A stretch of 64,000 nt of DNA from Candidatus Eiseniibacteriota bacterium (GTDB lineage Bacteria; Eisenbacteria; RBG-16-71-46), in NCBI GenBank assembly GCA_035275545.1, contig DATEMP010000019.1, positions 2,538-66,537 on the forward strand. The letters are read 5' to 3'. The position numbers were made by a program, and so were the translations under genes. Below, one piece after another: positions 1-10,317 of the stretch. The notes beneath the pieces were generated by a model, which was given only the letters and a program-made list of their open reading frames with translations, searched no databases and was not told where the DNA came from. Numbering within the stretch: position 1 is the first letter of the stretch; each line of letters starts with the position of its first letter.

Positions 1-241
1 CCCGCGTCGCCAGCAGCCCGCCGAGGAAGGCGAGCCATAGCGTCAGCTGGGAGCGGTAGGTCGAGGAGCTCGGAAGGTAGAAGCCGCCGAGCGGCCTTCC
101 CAGCGCGTCGATGAGCGGCAGGATCATCGACAGGAGGAACGCCACGACCAGCACGGTTCCCTCGATGCTGCGAAGGACCGCGAGGACGCCACCGGGCCGG
201 CCGGGAGTCTCGCTCCGGTCGATGGCGTCGGTCACCGGCAT
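1..241 (-). CDS. Partial CDS running off the left edge: small hydrophobic membrane protein, possibly TRAP-type small-permease-like
   Basis: Absent from the ORF track because there is no stop in the window. Hand translation of the minus strand from the ATG at 241-239 gives MPVTDAIDRSETPGRPGGVLAVLRSIEGTVLVVAFLLSMILPLIDALGRPLGGFYLPSSSTYRSQLTLWLAFLGGLLATR, with two hydrophobic stretches. The family guess is weak. Confidence 0.3.
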   Translation of the reverse strand, partial: MPVTDAIDRSETPGRPGGVLAVLRSIEGTVLVVAFLLSMILPLIDALGRPLGGFYLPSSSTYRSQLTLWLAFLGGLLATR

Positions 242-329
242 GCGCGGGCATCCAGAAGGGGTGCCATGCCGGCAATCTAACCCAGATGGCACCCCGGCGA
301 CTTGGAGGGCGCCCGGACGCCCGGGGGCG

Positions 330-2519
330 CTACTTCAGCATCGCCATCTTGCGCGTCAGCGTCACGCCATCGGCATCGAGTCGATACATGTACATGCCGG
401 GGCCGACGGGTGCTCCGCGCTCGTCGCGCCCGTCCCAGATCGCGCGACGCTCGCCCGCGCCCTGGAGGCTATTCACCAGCGTGCGCACCGCACGGCCGCC
501 GACGTCATAGACCACGAGCCGCACGGGCATCGCCCGCGGCAGCGCGTAGAGAATCGTCGTCCCCTCGGTGAATGGATTCGGACGATTGGCATGGAGCGTC
601 AGCCCGGGGTCGGCGCCGGGCGGCACCCCGACCACCTGGAGCATCTCCGCGATCGGCCGCTTCCACACGCCGAATCCGGTGCTGCCGGCGATCAGGGTCG
701 ATCCGTCCGCGCTCACCGCGAGCGAGAACACCCCGGTGGTCAGTCCCGTGCCGACCGGGGTCCAGTGGTCGCCGTTGTCGGTCGAGAGGAAGACCCCGCC
801 CCCGCCGCCGGCGAAGAGATGCGTGCCGTCCGGGCTCAGGAGCGACGTGATCCCGAGATTCGTGAGGCCGTTGTTGACCAGGGTCCAGGTGGCGCCGTGG
901 TCCGTCGAACGATAGACGCCCAACGGATCGCCTCCCGCGAACAGGGCGGCGCCATTCCCCGTCGACGCCATGCCCTGAACCACGTGCCCCAGCGCGACGT
1001 GCGTCCACGACATGCCGCCGTTGGAGGAGCGCCACACGCCGTTGAAGCCACCACCGAAGATGTCCTGCCCCCCGGAGCCGTTCGGGATCACCGTGTAGTC
1101 GAGCGGCATGAAGTTCGGCTCCACCTTCTGCCAATTCCCACCATCGTTGGTGGAGATGGAGATCCCGCTATAGGTCCCGGCGATCACGTTCGTGCCGCCC
1201 GAGCCATTGGACACGACGGTCACCGAGTTGACCTCGAGATCGTCGATGTCGCTGTTGGCGCCAGCCCACGTCGCGCCGTCATCGGTCGACTTGAAGATGC
1301 CGACCGTGGCGCCGCACGCGAACAGGCTCACCCCCGCGCTGCCGTTGGGATTGACGGCGAAGTCGAGGATCTGGGAGCTCGCCTGGGTATCCGTCCAGCT
1401 CACGCCCGCGTCGGTCGAGCGGAAGATGTCATTTTCCGTCCCCGCCAGGATGGCGCCGCTGGGCGTGACATCGACCGCCTGCGGGAAGGAGCTGATCATG
1501 GAGACGTTCGTCCAGCTGTCGCCGTTGTTGCTGGTACGAAACACGCCCTCGCCGGTGCCGGCATAGAGATCCGTGCCGCCGCCCCCATTGGGCGCGGTCG
1601 TGAGGGCGAAGACCAGGAGGTTTCCCAGGCCGGTGCTGGCCGGTGTCCAGGTCGCGCCGTTGTCCGTGGAGCGCAGGACGCCACCGGCGCTCGCGAACAG
1701 CGTCACGCCCGATCCGTTGGGGATCGCTGCCACCGCGTAGGTCCATGAGAAGGTCATGCCGTTGTTGATCGCGGTCCAACTGGCGCCGTCGTTGGTCGAG
1801 CGCCACACACCGCTGCTGGTTCCGGCATAGAGCGTGGTGCCGTCCTTCGCGAACGAGAAACCCTGATTCGTGGTCACCCGCGTCCAGCTCGCCCCGAAGT
1901 TGGTCGAACGGTAGATGCCGTTCCCGGTTCCGGCGAGCACCGTCCCCGCAGCCGTGGTGGTCAGGGCGTTGATGCTCGCCTGCCCGATGGGCAGGCCGGA
2001 GCTCATCGACGTCCAGCTCGTACCGTTGTTGGTCGAGCGATAGACCTGGCCCACGAAGCCTCCGGCTCCGGCGTACAGGTTGGTCCCGCCCGATCCGTTG
2101 GACCCGGAGGCCACGGCATAGACGGAGAGGTTCGATGGCAGCCCGTTGCTGCTGGGGCTCCAGCTCGCGCCGTTGTCGGCCGATCGAAAGACGCCGTTCC
2201 CCGTGCCGACCACGATGTCGTTGCCGCCCGATCCATTCGGCACCGCGATGAGGGAGAACACGGGCGGGGCAGTCAGGCCGTTGCTGAGCGGCGTCCAGCT
2301 CGAGCCGTTGTCATCGGTGCGCCAGCCGTAGTTCTGACCCGCGAAGAGAGACGTGCCTCCCACGCCATTCGCGGTGGCGAGGAGGGAACGGACCGAGCCG
2401 CCTTTGGGCCCATTCGTCTGCACCCAGTCGGCGTGTGCGGGTCCCGCCTGCAACGCGACCAACACACCGAAGAGCATGGCCTGCGCGAGCAGGCCGCGAA
2501 CCGCACGAGGAGTGTTCAT
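330..2519 (-). CDS. Secreted BNR/Asp-box repeat protein with FlgD-Ig/T9SS-like C-terminal domain
   Basis: ORF 330..2684 trimmed to the internal ATG at 2519, which gives the signal peptide MNTPRAVRGLLAQAMLFGVLVALQAGPAHA. There are about 13 S/T-x-D/N-x-G-x-S/T-W motifs (TDNGATWT, TNDGASWT and others). The C-terminus is PNPFTEGTTILYALP...VYDVGGRAV...GMYMYRL. Confidence 0.85.
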   Translation of the reverse strand: MNTPRAVRGLLAQAMLFGVLVALQAGPAHADWVQTNGPKGGSVRSLLATANGVGGTSLFAGQNYGWRTDDNGSSWTPLSNGLTAPPVFSLIAVPNGSGGNDIVVGTGNGVFRSADNGASWSPSSNGLPSNLSVYAVASGSNGSGGTNLYAGAGGFVGQVYRSTNNGTSWTSMSSGLPIGQASINALTTTAAGTVLAGTGNGIYRSTNFGASWTRVTTNQGFSFAKDGTTLYAGTSSGVWRSTNDGASWTAINNGMTFSWTYAVAAIPNGSGVTLFASAGGVLRSTDNGATWTPASTGLGNLLVFALTTAPNGGGGTDLYAGTGEGVFRTSNNGDSWTNVSMISSFPQAVDVTPSGAILAGTENDIFRSTDAGVSWTDTQASSQILDFAVNPNGSAGVSLFACGATVGIFKSTDDGATWAGANSDIDDLEVNSVTVVSNGSGGTNVIAGTYSGISISTNDGGNWQKVEPNFMPLDYTVIPNGSGGQDIFGGGFNGVWRSSNGGMSWTHVALGHVVQGMASTGNGAALFAGGDPLGVYRSTDHGATWTLVNNGLTNLGITSLLSPDGTHLFAGGGGGVFLSTDNGDHWTPVGTGLTTGVFSLAVSADGSTLIAGSTGFGVWKRPIAEMLQVVGVPPGADPGLTLHANRPNPFTEGTTILYALPRAMPVRLVVYDVGGRAVRTLVNSLQGAGERRAIWDGRDERGAPVGPGMYMYRLDADGVTLTRKMAMLK

Positions 2520-2668
2520 GACGCGCGCTCCTTCTTCCTGGGCGGGGGAATCGCAACCGCGGTGCGGCTCTCTGAGAGAGTGCAATACCCTTCCGGGAGT
2601 CGTCAACAGCCGTGTTTGGGGCCGAAGCGTTGGCCGAACCGGCTCGTGCCAGCGTATGCTGCGCTCCC

Positions 2669-3841
2669 ATGCGCCCGCGCGCACGCACCCCCGAAACCGC
2701 GGCGATCCTCCGCCTGTCGAAAGAGCTGACCGCAGCGCTGCGCGCGATCACCGACTCCTCCCCGCTCGCCGGGCTCGGCCCCATCGAGATCGGGCGGACC
2801 CTGGGCGTCGACAAGACGCTCATGAGCCGGCTGATGTCCGCATTGCGCGCCACCGATCCGCTCGCGGCCCTGAGCCTGCTTCCCGGCGTCGTCCCGCTGC
2901 GGCAGTTCGTGGCCGCGGCGCGGAAGCACGGCACCGGCGTGCGCGCCGTGCAGGCGGCGGAGCGGAAGCTGAGCGCGTTCGACCACGAGCTGGAGCGCTC
3001 GTTCGGCACGCGCACGAGGCTCGACGCCGTGATCGCCGACGCACTTCCCGAGGCGCGCCGGCGCCACGACGATGTGGCGCGCCAGGCGGTCTACCGCGGC
3101 ATGGCGCTCATCAAAGGGGTCTCGATCGACCTCGAGAGCTTCACCTGGATCGTTCATCCCAGCCGCAAGAACCCCAGGCGGCTCGACATCCTGTTCCTCG
3201 CGGCCATGATCGGCATTCACCGCCTGCGCCCCACCGCGCGCTTCCGTGTCGGGGGCAGCTATTCCCGGACCAAGCCCGAGTCTGGACCCAAGCTCCTGCG
3301 CATGTTCTGCAGGCCGGCGGGCCTCTCGATCGCCGCGTCGTCCGAGAAGGATTTCACCTTCTACGAGATCTCGACCGGCTCGGTGCGTCGCGATGCGGCC
3401 GCCGACCTGTGCCTCACCCAGTTCATCCAGGACGCCACGTCCCGGACCGACTCCGCCCCCGCCATGTGGAACGTCGGCGACATCCTCACCTACCCGATCA
3501 AGCGCCTCGAGCTCTCGCTGCTGGTCCACGAGAAGGTGTGGCCCGGGTGCGGTTTCTCGCTGCGCGCGTACGACACCGCGATGCGCGGCGTGGTGCATCT
3601 GCCCGACCCCGAGCGCGATTTCGACCGGTTGCCCATGGATGCCCCGGTCGTCCAGATGCCGGCCAGCGCCGAAGCGCTGCGCGCGTCGCCGGTCCCCAAC
3701 TACGAGGCGATGGTGCGCCACCTGACGACGCCGAAGGGATGGGAGCTGGAGGACCGGTCCGGACGTCCGGTGTTCCGGAGGATCACCTGCGAGATCGGCT
3801 ATCCGGTCTATGGCTCGCAGGTCATGCTGGTGCGGGAGTAG
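2669..3841 (+). CDS. Hypothetical protein
   Basis: ORF 2612..3841. The composition looks coding, unlike the Arg/Pro-rich overlapping frames. The start is uncertain (GTG at 2612 or ATG at 2669). It is divergent from the 330..2519 gene. No motif recognised. Confidence 0.55.
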   Translation: MRPRARTPETAAILRLSKELTAALRAITDSSPLAGLGPIEIGRTLGVDKTLMSRLMSALRATDPLAALSLLPGVVPLRQFVAAARKHGTGVRAVQAAERKLSAFDHELERSFGTRTRLDAVIADALPEARRRHDDVARQAVYRGMALIKGVSIDLESFTWIVHPSRKNPRRLDILFLAAMIGIHRLRPTARFRVGGSYSRTKPESGPKLLRMFCRPAGLSIAASSEKDFTFYEISTGSVRRDAAADLCLTQFIQDATSRTDSAPAMWNVGDILTYPIKRLELSLLVHEKVWPGCGFSLRAYDTAMRGVVHLPDPERDFDRLPMDAPVVQMPASAEALRASPVPNYEAMVRHLTTPKGWELEDRSGRPVFRRITCEIGYPVYGSQVMLVRE

Positions 3842-3862
3842 CGCGCACATCCTGCGTCGCGG

Positions 3863-4702
3863 CTACTTCACGAACTCGGCGAGCGTGCGCAGGCGCAGCC
3901 TAGGGTTGCTGGCGAAATCGTGTCGCAGCCAGCCCAGGTGCCCGTTGCCGAAGATCACCAGCACCCGCTGGTCCGGCGAGTCGGCGAGCTGCGCGACGTT
4001 GCTGTAGATGCGCATGTTGCGCCGGAACCAGTCGGACACCAGGTCGGCGCCGGCCCAATCCTGCGACTCACCCACCTGCCCCACCCGATAGTAGAGGCCG
4101 ACGTCCTGGGCCACGCGGTCGTCGGCGTTCATGAACAGCAGCGTCTCGAGAATCGTGTGGGACGCGAGATAGGCGCTCTGGGCCTTGGTCATCTCGCCCC
4201 ATCCCGCCATGAGCGAGTCGAGCTCCTGTGAGCGCCCGCTCCCTTTGGCGTAGTTGACCAGGCGCTGATAGGGAAAGTCGAACTCGGCGTCCACGCCGTA
4301 GATGGCCTTGTGTCCCAATTCCTTGGCGAGTCGGTATCCGATCTGATCGATCTCGTTGCGCGAGAGCGTGTGCTTGCCCGCGAGGTAGTCGGGGAACTCC
4401 CGCTCGATGCGCCGGCTCGAGGCATCCGCCTCGATCGCGATTCTCGTGGGCTTGAAGCGCTTCAGGGCCTCGATGAGCTGGGCGATCTCGGCCTGGCGCT
4501 TGGGGGTGAGCACATCGTCGGCCTGGGTGTTGAAGATGTCCCGCCCGGGGTTGGCCATGTGGTAGACGCCGAGCACCAGGATCTCGGCACGCGCGGAGGG
4601 CGGCGCGGGCTTCGGGGCGCCCGCCGGCTGCGCCAGCGCCGAGGCCGCGACACTGAGGAGGAAGGCAACCATGGCGATGCACGCGCTTGCCCTGGGCGTC
4701 AT
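3863..4702 (-). CDS. Secreted protein, DUF5694-like (recollection of family pattern)
   Basis: Signal peptide MTPRASACIAMVAFLLSVAASALA. The N-terminal pattern ILVLGVYHMANPGRDIFN..DDVLTPKRQAEI..LKRFKPTRIAIE resembles the DUF5694 family as I remember it. Confidence 0.65.
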   Translation of the reverse strand: MTPRASACIAMVAFLLSVAASALAQPAGAPKPAPPSARAEILVLGVYHMANPGRDIFNTQADDVLTPKRQAEIAQLIEALKRFKPTRIAIEADASSRRIEREFPDYLAGKHTLSRNEIDQIGYRLAKELGHKAIYGVDAEFDFPYQRLVNYAKGSGRSQELDSLMAGWGEMTKAQSAYLASHTILETLLFMNADDRVAQDVGLYYRVGQVGESQDWAGADLVSDWFRRNMRIYSNVAQLADSPDQRVLVIFGNGHLGWLRHDFASNPRLRLRTLAEFVK

Positions 4703-4738
4703 GCCTCGTCTACGCAGCGCCCCGCTGGAGGTTGCAGG

Positions 4739-5137
4739 TCAAACGGTCGCGGTCGCGGGCTTGAGGCGGCGGGAGAGCCGCGCGATCAGCACCTGAGCGA
4801 CTCCGGTGGCTGCTCCGAGCGGGCAGGTGTTGACCACCGGCGCGCTCAGGAGGAGGCCGACCGCGGCCCCGGCCAGCGCACCCCACAGCAGCGCGCGGAG
4901 CACCGGCACCTCCGCGGTGGTCCGCTTGCGCTCGACGACCGCGAGCACCAGCCCGAACAGCGCACCGGAGGCGGCGCCGACGCCGCCGAGAATCCGGGCG
5001 AGGTCGATCGGCCCCTCGCCCGCGTCGATGCTCGGCGGATCGACGATACCGACCACGATCGAGAGCATGGCGCCGACCCCGGCCCAGAACAGCATCCAGA
5101 ACAGGGTCGATCCGATGATGCGGCGGAGAACCGTCAT
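4739..5137 (-). CDS. Small integral membrane protein
   Basis: 132 aa with about 4 hydrophobic Gly/Ala/Leu-rich segments (FWMLFWAGVGAMLSIVVGIV, LGGVGAASGALFGLVLAVV and others). Confidence 0.55.
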   Translation of the reverse strand: MTVLRRIIGSTLFWMLFWAGVGAMLSIVVGIVDPPSIDAGEGPIDLARILGGVGAASGALFGLVLAVVERKRTTAEVPVLRALLWGALAGAAVGLLLSAPVVNTCPLGAATGVAQVLIARLSRRLKPATATV

Positions 5138-5205
5138 GGACGCGAGGCTAGGCGCCGGTTCCGACCGGCGTCAACCCCCCGGGAGCCATCGTGTAGACTG
5201 AATTC

Positions 5206-6663
5206 ATGCGTTCCCTTCGCCCGTTCCTTTGCGGCCCGGGTTGCCTGGCACTCCTCCTCGGAACCGCCGCGCACGCGGCCACGCCCCGGATCGACGAGGT
5301 GCAGAAGCGGCTCGGCATCACGCGGCTGAGCGTCCAGTCGCTTCGGCTGGACTCGCCCGCCCCGAGCGTGGCGCTCGATCTCGATGGCCGGCGCGTCACG
5401 CTCAGGCTGGAGCGTTCCACGCTGCGCGCTCCCGGCTTCCGCGTCCTGGTTCAGACCGCGACCGGCGCGCTCGAGGAGGCTCCCGCCCCGGCGGCCGCGA
5501 GCTATCGCGGCACCGTGGACGGAATGCCCGGCTCGGTGGTGGGCGGCACGATCCGGAACGGCCGGTTGAGGGCGGCGATCGGTCTCGCGGACGGGCGGGT
5601 GTTCTACGTCCAGCCGCTCGAGGAGTTCGCGCCCGGCTCCGAGCCCGGTGCACACGCGGTCTACGACGCCGCGGACGTGATCGGCGCCGAGGGAATCTGC
5701 GCCACCTCCGAGCCCTCGGTGGTCGTCCCGGAATCGAGCGGCTTCGGCACTGCCGGCTCCGGCCCGCACGTCGCCGAGATCTCGTTCGACGCCGACTACG
5801 AGTTCTGGCAGGCGAACGTCGCCTCGGTACCCGGGACGATCGCCGACATCGAGGACGTCATGGCGGCGGTGAACGTCATCTTCGAGCGCGATTGCGACCT
5901 CACCCACGAGATCCGCACCATCGTCGTTCGCACCGCGCCGTCGGACCCCTATTCGACCACCGACGCCAGCGCGCTCCTCACCCAGTTCCGGAACCACTGG
6001 AACGAGGCGCAGACCGGCGTGGTCCGCGATGTCGCGCACCTCATGACCGGGAAGAACCTGGACGGTGGAACGATCGGCATCGCGTTCCTCGGCGCGGTTT
6101 GTAGAGTTGACCGCGCATACGGTCTCTCCCAGTCGCGCTTTACGAATGTCATGAGCTGGCGCAGCGCGCTGACCGCCCATGAGCTGGGGCACAACTGGAA
6201 CGCCAACCACTGCGACGCGGTGGTGCCCTGCAACATCATGTGCTCGACCATCAATCACTGCAGCGGTTTCGGCCTCCCGAACTTCGAGCCGCAGGCGATC
6301 ACCGCGATCACCAACTTCGCCGCGAGCCGCACCTGCCTCGATACCCCGCGACTGGCGGTGGGTGACGCGCTGGGCGACGGAACGGTGCGCTTCTCCCCTC
6401 CCACGCCCAGCGTTTTCACGGGCGATGCGGGAGCGACCCTGCGCTACTACCTGGAGCAGGGCGTGGCGGCCACGCTCGACATCTACGATGTCGCAGGCCA
6501 CCGGGTCACGCGCCTCGCGGAGGGCACGCACGCGCCCGGCTGGCATCAGGCCACCTGGCGGGGCCGCGACGCGTCCGGCCGGCCGGTGCGCGCTGGCATC
6601 TACTACGCCCGCCTGGGCACGCCGGGCGCCGCCCTCACGCACACGCTCGTCCTCCTGCGCTAG
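5206..6663 (+). CDS. Secreted metzincin zinc metalloprotease (reprolysin/M12B-like) with FlgD-Ig-like C-terminal domain
   Basis: Signal peptide. HELGHNWNANH zinc-binding motif at about 6178-6210. C-terminus is LDIYDVAGHRVTRL...GIYYARL. Confidence 0.85.
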   Translation: MRSLRPFLCGPGCLALLLGTAAHAATPRIDEVQKRLGITRLSVQSLRLDSPAPSVALDLDGRRVTLRLERSTLRAPGFRVLVQTATGALEEAPAPAAASYRGTVDGMPGSVVGGTIRNGRLRAAIGLADGRVFYVQPLEEFAPGSEPGAHAVYDAADVIGAEGICATSEPSVVVPESSGFGTAGSGPHVAEISFDADYEFWQANVASVPGTIADIEDVMAAVNVIFERDCDLTHEIRTIVVRTAPSDPYSTTDASALLTQFRNHWNEAQTGVVRDVAHLMTGKNLDGGTIGIAFLGAVCRVDRAYGLSQSRFTNVMSWRSALTAHELGHNWNANHCDAVVPCNIMCSTINHCSGFGLPNFEPQAITAITNFAASRTCLDTPRLAVGDALGDGTVRFSPPTPSVFTGDAGATLRYYLEQGVAATLDIYDVAGHRVTRLAEGTHAPGWHQATWRGRDASGRPVRAGIYYARLGTPGAALTHTLVLLR

Positions 6664-6671
6664 GCGCCCGG

Positions 6672-8075
6672 ATGGCCGCCACCCGCACCGTGGCCGGCGT
6701 GCGCACGCATCGCCCGCGCGCGGACGACTTCCGGCGCCTGGTCCGACTCGCCGTCCCGGTCGTGTTCGTCCAGGTCGGGCTCATGGCGATGAACGTCGTC
6801 GACACGATGATCCTCGGCCGGGTCTCGGCGGCGGCGCTGGCAGGATCCGCGATCGGAACCGTCTACATCTTCACCTTCGGCGTTTTCGGCATGGGCATCC
6901 TGATGGCGCTGGATCCGATCGTGTCGCAGTCGGTCGGCGCCCAGGATGACCCGGCGATCACGCGCGCGCTCCAGCGTGGCCTGATCATCGCTGCAGGGAT
7001 GGGCATCGTGGGCGGTCTGCTCCTGCTCCCGGCCGAGCAGGTTCTGAAGTCGCTCGGACAGCCTCCCGAGCTGGTGGCGGTCGCCGCCCCCTACGTGCGC
7101 GTCCAGGTCCCGAGCCTGCTCGCCTTCTACATCACCGTCGTGTTCCGCCAGACGCTCCAGGCGCTCGGGCACATGCGCCCGATCGTGATCACGGTGATCG
7201 TGGCGAACGTCCTCAACGCCCTGCTCGCCTGGGCATTCGTATTCGGCGAGCTGGGGGCGCCGGCGCTCGGCGCCATGGGCGCCGGCCTCGCGACCACGAT
7301 CGCGCGCTGGGGCATGGCGCTGCTGCTCGTGACGCTCGCCTGGAAAGATCTTGGATCGCGACTGCGCTGGGTGCCGGAGGCGCTGAGCGCGCGGCCGCTC
7401 GCCCGTATGGTCCAGATCGGATTGCCGATCGGCTTCCAGTACCTGTTCGAGGTCGGGGTCTTCAACGCCGTGACCATGATCATGGGGCGGCTCGGCGCCG
7501 TGACGGCCGCGGCGCACCAGATCGCGATCAACATGTCATCGCTGACCTTCATGGTGCCGTTCGGCGTGTCCTCCGCGGCGTCGGTGCTGGTCGGACGCGC
7601 CGTGGGCGCGGGCGATGGCGACGCGGCGCGCCGCGCCGGAATCGCAGGGCTGATCGTGGGGGCCGGGTTCATGAGCGTGAGCGCCGCCGTGTTCGGGCTC
7701 GCACCCGGCCTCCTGGCCCGAGCCTACACGCCAGATCCAACGGTGCTTGCCCTCGCCGGCACGCTCATTCCGATCGCCGGCGTGTTCCAGGTGTTCGACG
7801 GCACCCAGGTGGTGGCGATCGGCGTGCTGCGCGGCGCCGGGGACACACGCACGCCGCTGATCGTGAGCCTGATCGGTTACTGGGCGTTCGCGCTCCCGCT
7901 TGGCCTGTGGCTCGCCTTCCGCGCGGGGTGGGGCCCGCATGGCCTCTGGTGGGGACTCGCCGGCGGACTGATGGTCGCGGCGCTGGTGCTGCTCGCCCGC
8001 GTGCGGGTGCGGCTGTGGCGCCGGATGGAGCGGATCGCGGTCGACGACCACGCGGTGGCGATCGCCGCCGACTAG
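6672..8075 (+). CDS. MATE family multidrug efflux transporter
   Basis: 467 aa, about 12 TM segments. The N-terminus (LAVPVVFVQVGLMAMNVVDTMILGRVS) and repeated halves with GAGD motifs are typical of NorM/DinF-type MATE pumps. Confidence 0.88.
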   Translation: MAATRTVAGVRTHRPRADDFRRLVRLAVPVVFVQVGLMAMNVVDTMILGRVSAAALAGSAIGTVYIFTFGVFGMGILMALDPIVSQSVGAQDDPAITRALQRGLIIAAGMGIVGGLLLLPAEQVLKSLGQPPELVAVAAPYVRVQVPSLLAFYITVVFRQTLQALGHMRPIVITVIVANVLNALLAWAFVFGELGAPALGAMGAGLATTIARWGMALLLVTLAWKDLGSRLRWVPEALSARPLARMVQIGLPIGFQYLFEVGVFNAVTMIMGRLGAVTAAAHQIAINMSSLTFMVPFGVSSAASVLVGRAVGAGDGDAARRAGIAGLIVGAGFMSVSAAVFGLAPGLLARAYTPDPTVLALAGTLIPIAGVFQVFDGTQVVAIGVLRGAGDTRTPLIVSLIGYWAFALPLGLWLAFRAGWGPHGLWWGLAGGLMVAALVLLARVRVRLWRRMERIAVDDHAVAIAAD

Positions 8076-8081
8076 CGCGGG

Positions 8082-8645
8082 CTATCGCGGCCCTTTGTCC
8101 CTCGTGTAGAGCACGCGTGCCAGCGTGAGCGGCCCGCCCGTTCCACCGACGCTCTGCACCTGTATCGCCGCGATCCCGGATGGAGCAGCCAGTCCGATCA
8201 AGGTGACGCCGAACAATCGTCCCTCGCTGGTGACCACCTCGGTCCCGCCGTCCCCCTCCGTGACGATCAGCACGATGGCGTTGTCACCCATGCCCTGAAC
8301 GTCCAGGACGACCACCGGTTCGGGTTGCTCGAACACGATCGTCGCGCCCGGATTGAGATAGAGCTCGATATTGCCGCCGTTCGGATTGTCCGGATCCACC
8401 TCGCACGTGGGCGAGGAGCAGAAGCCGCTCGCCATGCGGTAGGGATCGGTGAACGTCACGCCCAGCAGCGTGAGCGGGTTCGAGAGCGCCTCGTTCGGCG
8501 CGAAGGTCTCGAAATCGACCTCCTCGAGCTGGCCGAGCATGGCCGACGCGGCGTGCTCGTTCATCACGCGAATCTTCGCGGTCGCCGGCGGCGCCACGCA
8601 CGTCAGTCCTGCCGCGAGCGCGGCCAGCACGATGCCTGATCTCAT
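8082..8645 (-). CDS. Secreted hypothetical protein
   Basis: ORF trimmed to the ATG at 8645, which is preceded by GGAGG. Signal peptide MRSGIVLAALAAGLTCVAPPATA. Confidence 0.6.
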   Translation of the reverse strand: MRSGIVLAALAAGLTCVAPPATAKIRVMNEHAASAMLGQLEEVDFETFAPNEALSNPLTLLGVTFTDPYRMASGFCSSPTCEVDPDNPNGGNIELYLNPGATIVFEQPEPVVVLDVQGMGDNAIVLIVTEGDGGTEVVTSEGRLFGVTLIGLAAPSGIAAIQVQSVGGTGGPLTLARVLYTRDKGPR

Positions 8646-8711
8646 GTAGAACCTCCTGCGGCCCGCTCGCAGCATCGCAGATATGCATTGGTATTGGAAT
8701 AGTATTTAGCG

Positions 8712-10082
8712 TCAGCGAACCATGACGATCACCCGGCTCCTGACCTGACCGGCGGCCTCGAGCCGGACCAGGTATGCCCCGGGGGCGACGGGCCGGCCCG
8801 ACGCGTCGCGACCGTCCCAGCGCGCGACGCGAGCGCCCGCGGGAGCGCCAGGGCCAGCCATCTCAACGACCTTCCGGCCGTTCAGATCGAAGATCCCGAT
8901 CCGGACCGGCTCGTCCTTCTCCGTCACGTAATCGATGGTGGCCGCTCCGTGCGTCGGATTCGGACGCAGCCGCAGATCGAGCCGGCCCCCGGCCATCGGC
9001 GGCACGTCGAGGGTGCCCTCGGTCCGCGGGATGAGAACGAACGCCTGGCTCGAGCTCCAGTAGGGTCCAAAGTGTCCGTCACCGACGATCCAGCCGCGAT
9101 CGTTGATCCCGAGCGCGCGGTCGAGGATGAAGCCCGGCGGCGGCGTCGCCAACCCATTGAGGTCGCGGAGCCCGTGCTGCGCGTCCCACAGGAAGGCGTG
9201 CCACACGTAGTTCTCGATCTCCGCCATGCCCACGACCGCTCCCGCGTCGTTGATCGCCCAGGGATATACGTCCAGCAGCGGATTGCCGTCGAGGTGCGGC
9301 AGGAGTGTGGCGCCCGCGGCCTCGGTCCAGACGAACCCGTGGAAACTCTGAGCGTCGGGCGAGCGGTGCCGTCCGGTCACCATGCCGAGGTCGTTGATCG
9401 CAGCCGCCTCGGTCCACGGAAACGGACTCGACGGCAGGTATTGGCTCAGCCGGATCGTCCGGCCGGTGGCGATCTCGTAGACGAATCCGTCCGGCGACCC
9501 GCCGCGGATCACGCCCACCGCAACGTTGGAGTTGTTGATCTTGACCAGCTCCTTCGCGCCCGCCACCGGGATCGACCGCGAGCCTCCGATCGGGTCCCAG
9601 ATGAAGGGGATCTGGAGAACGCGGTTGCTGTTGCTGCAGATGCAGGTCTCGGCGTATCCGACCACGATGCCCTGATCGTTGATGTCGAGGGCGACCGGTC
9701 GGGCCGGCGCGCCCGGCACCAGTGGAATCGTGGTCGTGGTGCCGTGGACGATGTCGAACACCTGATCGTGCCCGGCGACCTGGCCGATTTCGTTGATACC
9801 GCGCGGGAGCGTGAAGGGCAACCGGGTCTTGCCGGTCGCTGCCGACCAGTAGAAGCCGGCGTAGGACGGAAGATCGGTCGCCCAGCCGCACGCCTGGCCC
9901 AGGTTGTTGATGTCGAAGAGGTAGCATTCCTTCAGGTCGTAGCCGCTTTGAAACGCATCGACGTAGACGAAGTCGTACTCGATTCCAGCCCTCGCGGGGA
10001 GGGCCGCCGACACCATGAGAAGACTGATCACGATCGCGCGAGCAGGCGCCAGCAGGTCGAACGAACTGGTTCGTTTCGTCAT
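8712..10082 (-). CDS. Secreted HAF-like repeat protein with FlgD-Ig-like C-terminal domain
   Basis: ORF trimmed to the ATG at 10082 (signal/TM segment AIVISLLMVSAALPARA). Repeated I-N-D/N-x-G-x-V-x-G units with HGFVW/HAFLW motifs. C-terminus is RPNPTHGAATIDY...IFDLNGRKV...GAYLVRL. Confidence 0.75.
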   Translation of the reverse strand: MTKRTSSFDLLAPARAIVISLLMVSAALPARAGIEYDFVYVDAFQSGYDLKECYLFDINNLGQACGWATDLPSYAGFYWSAATGKTRLPFTLPRGINEIGQVAGHDQVFDIVHGTTTTIPLVPGAPARPVALDINDQGIVVGYAETCICSNSNRVLQIPFIWDPIGGSRSIPVAGAKELVKINNSNVAVGVIRGGSPDGFVYEIATGRTIRLSQYLPSSPFPWTEAAAINDLGMVTGRHRSPDAQSFHGFVWTEAAGATLLPHLDGNPLLDVYPWAINDAGAVVGMAEIENYVWHAFLWDAQHGLRDLNGLATPPPGFILDRALGINDRGWIVGDGHFGPYWSSSQAFVLIPRTEGTLDVPPMAGGRLDLRLRPNPTHGAATIDYVTEKDEPVRIGIFDLNGRKVVEMAGPGAPAGARVARWDGRDASGRPVAPGAYLVRLEAAGQVRSRVIVMVR

Positions 10083-10317
10083 CGCTTCCTCCCGGGATGA
10101 TATGACCCGCCGCGCGATCTGCATGAGGTGTGCCCGGGCTGTTTCGCGGCCCCGCTCGAGCGGGCGCGCCACGGAAGACATGCATTGGCTGCCGATTGCA
10201 GAGGGAGCGAACGCGGGCCCGGCCGCATGCACGCACGCCGTTCCGGTCTGACAGACCGTCAGTGTCAGGTCAGAACGTCAGGCGCGGCAGATCAACGGGA
10301 GGTAGAGGGGCTCCGGC

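Noticed and set aside
111-1748. 545-aa plus-strand ORF, and many similar long ORFs antisense to or overlapping called genes. Examples are 2353..3903 (+), 2603..3850 (-), 5134..6642 (-), 16866..18650 (-), 20762..21835 (-), 21786..23858 (+), 23521..25203 (-), 26300..28054 (+), 28080..29276 (-), 41612..45127 (-), 56970..58058 (+), 58270..59418 (+) and 60508..62694 (-).
   Set aside because: Their translations are Arg/Ala/Gly/Pro/His-rich low-complexity strings with no motifs, which is typical of stop-codon-poor alternative frames in high-GC DNA. In each case another frame or strand encodes a protein with clear domain signatures.
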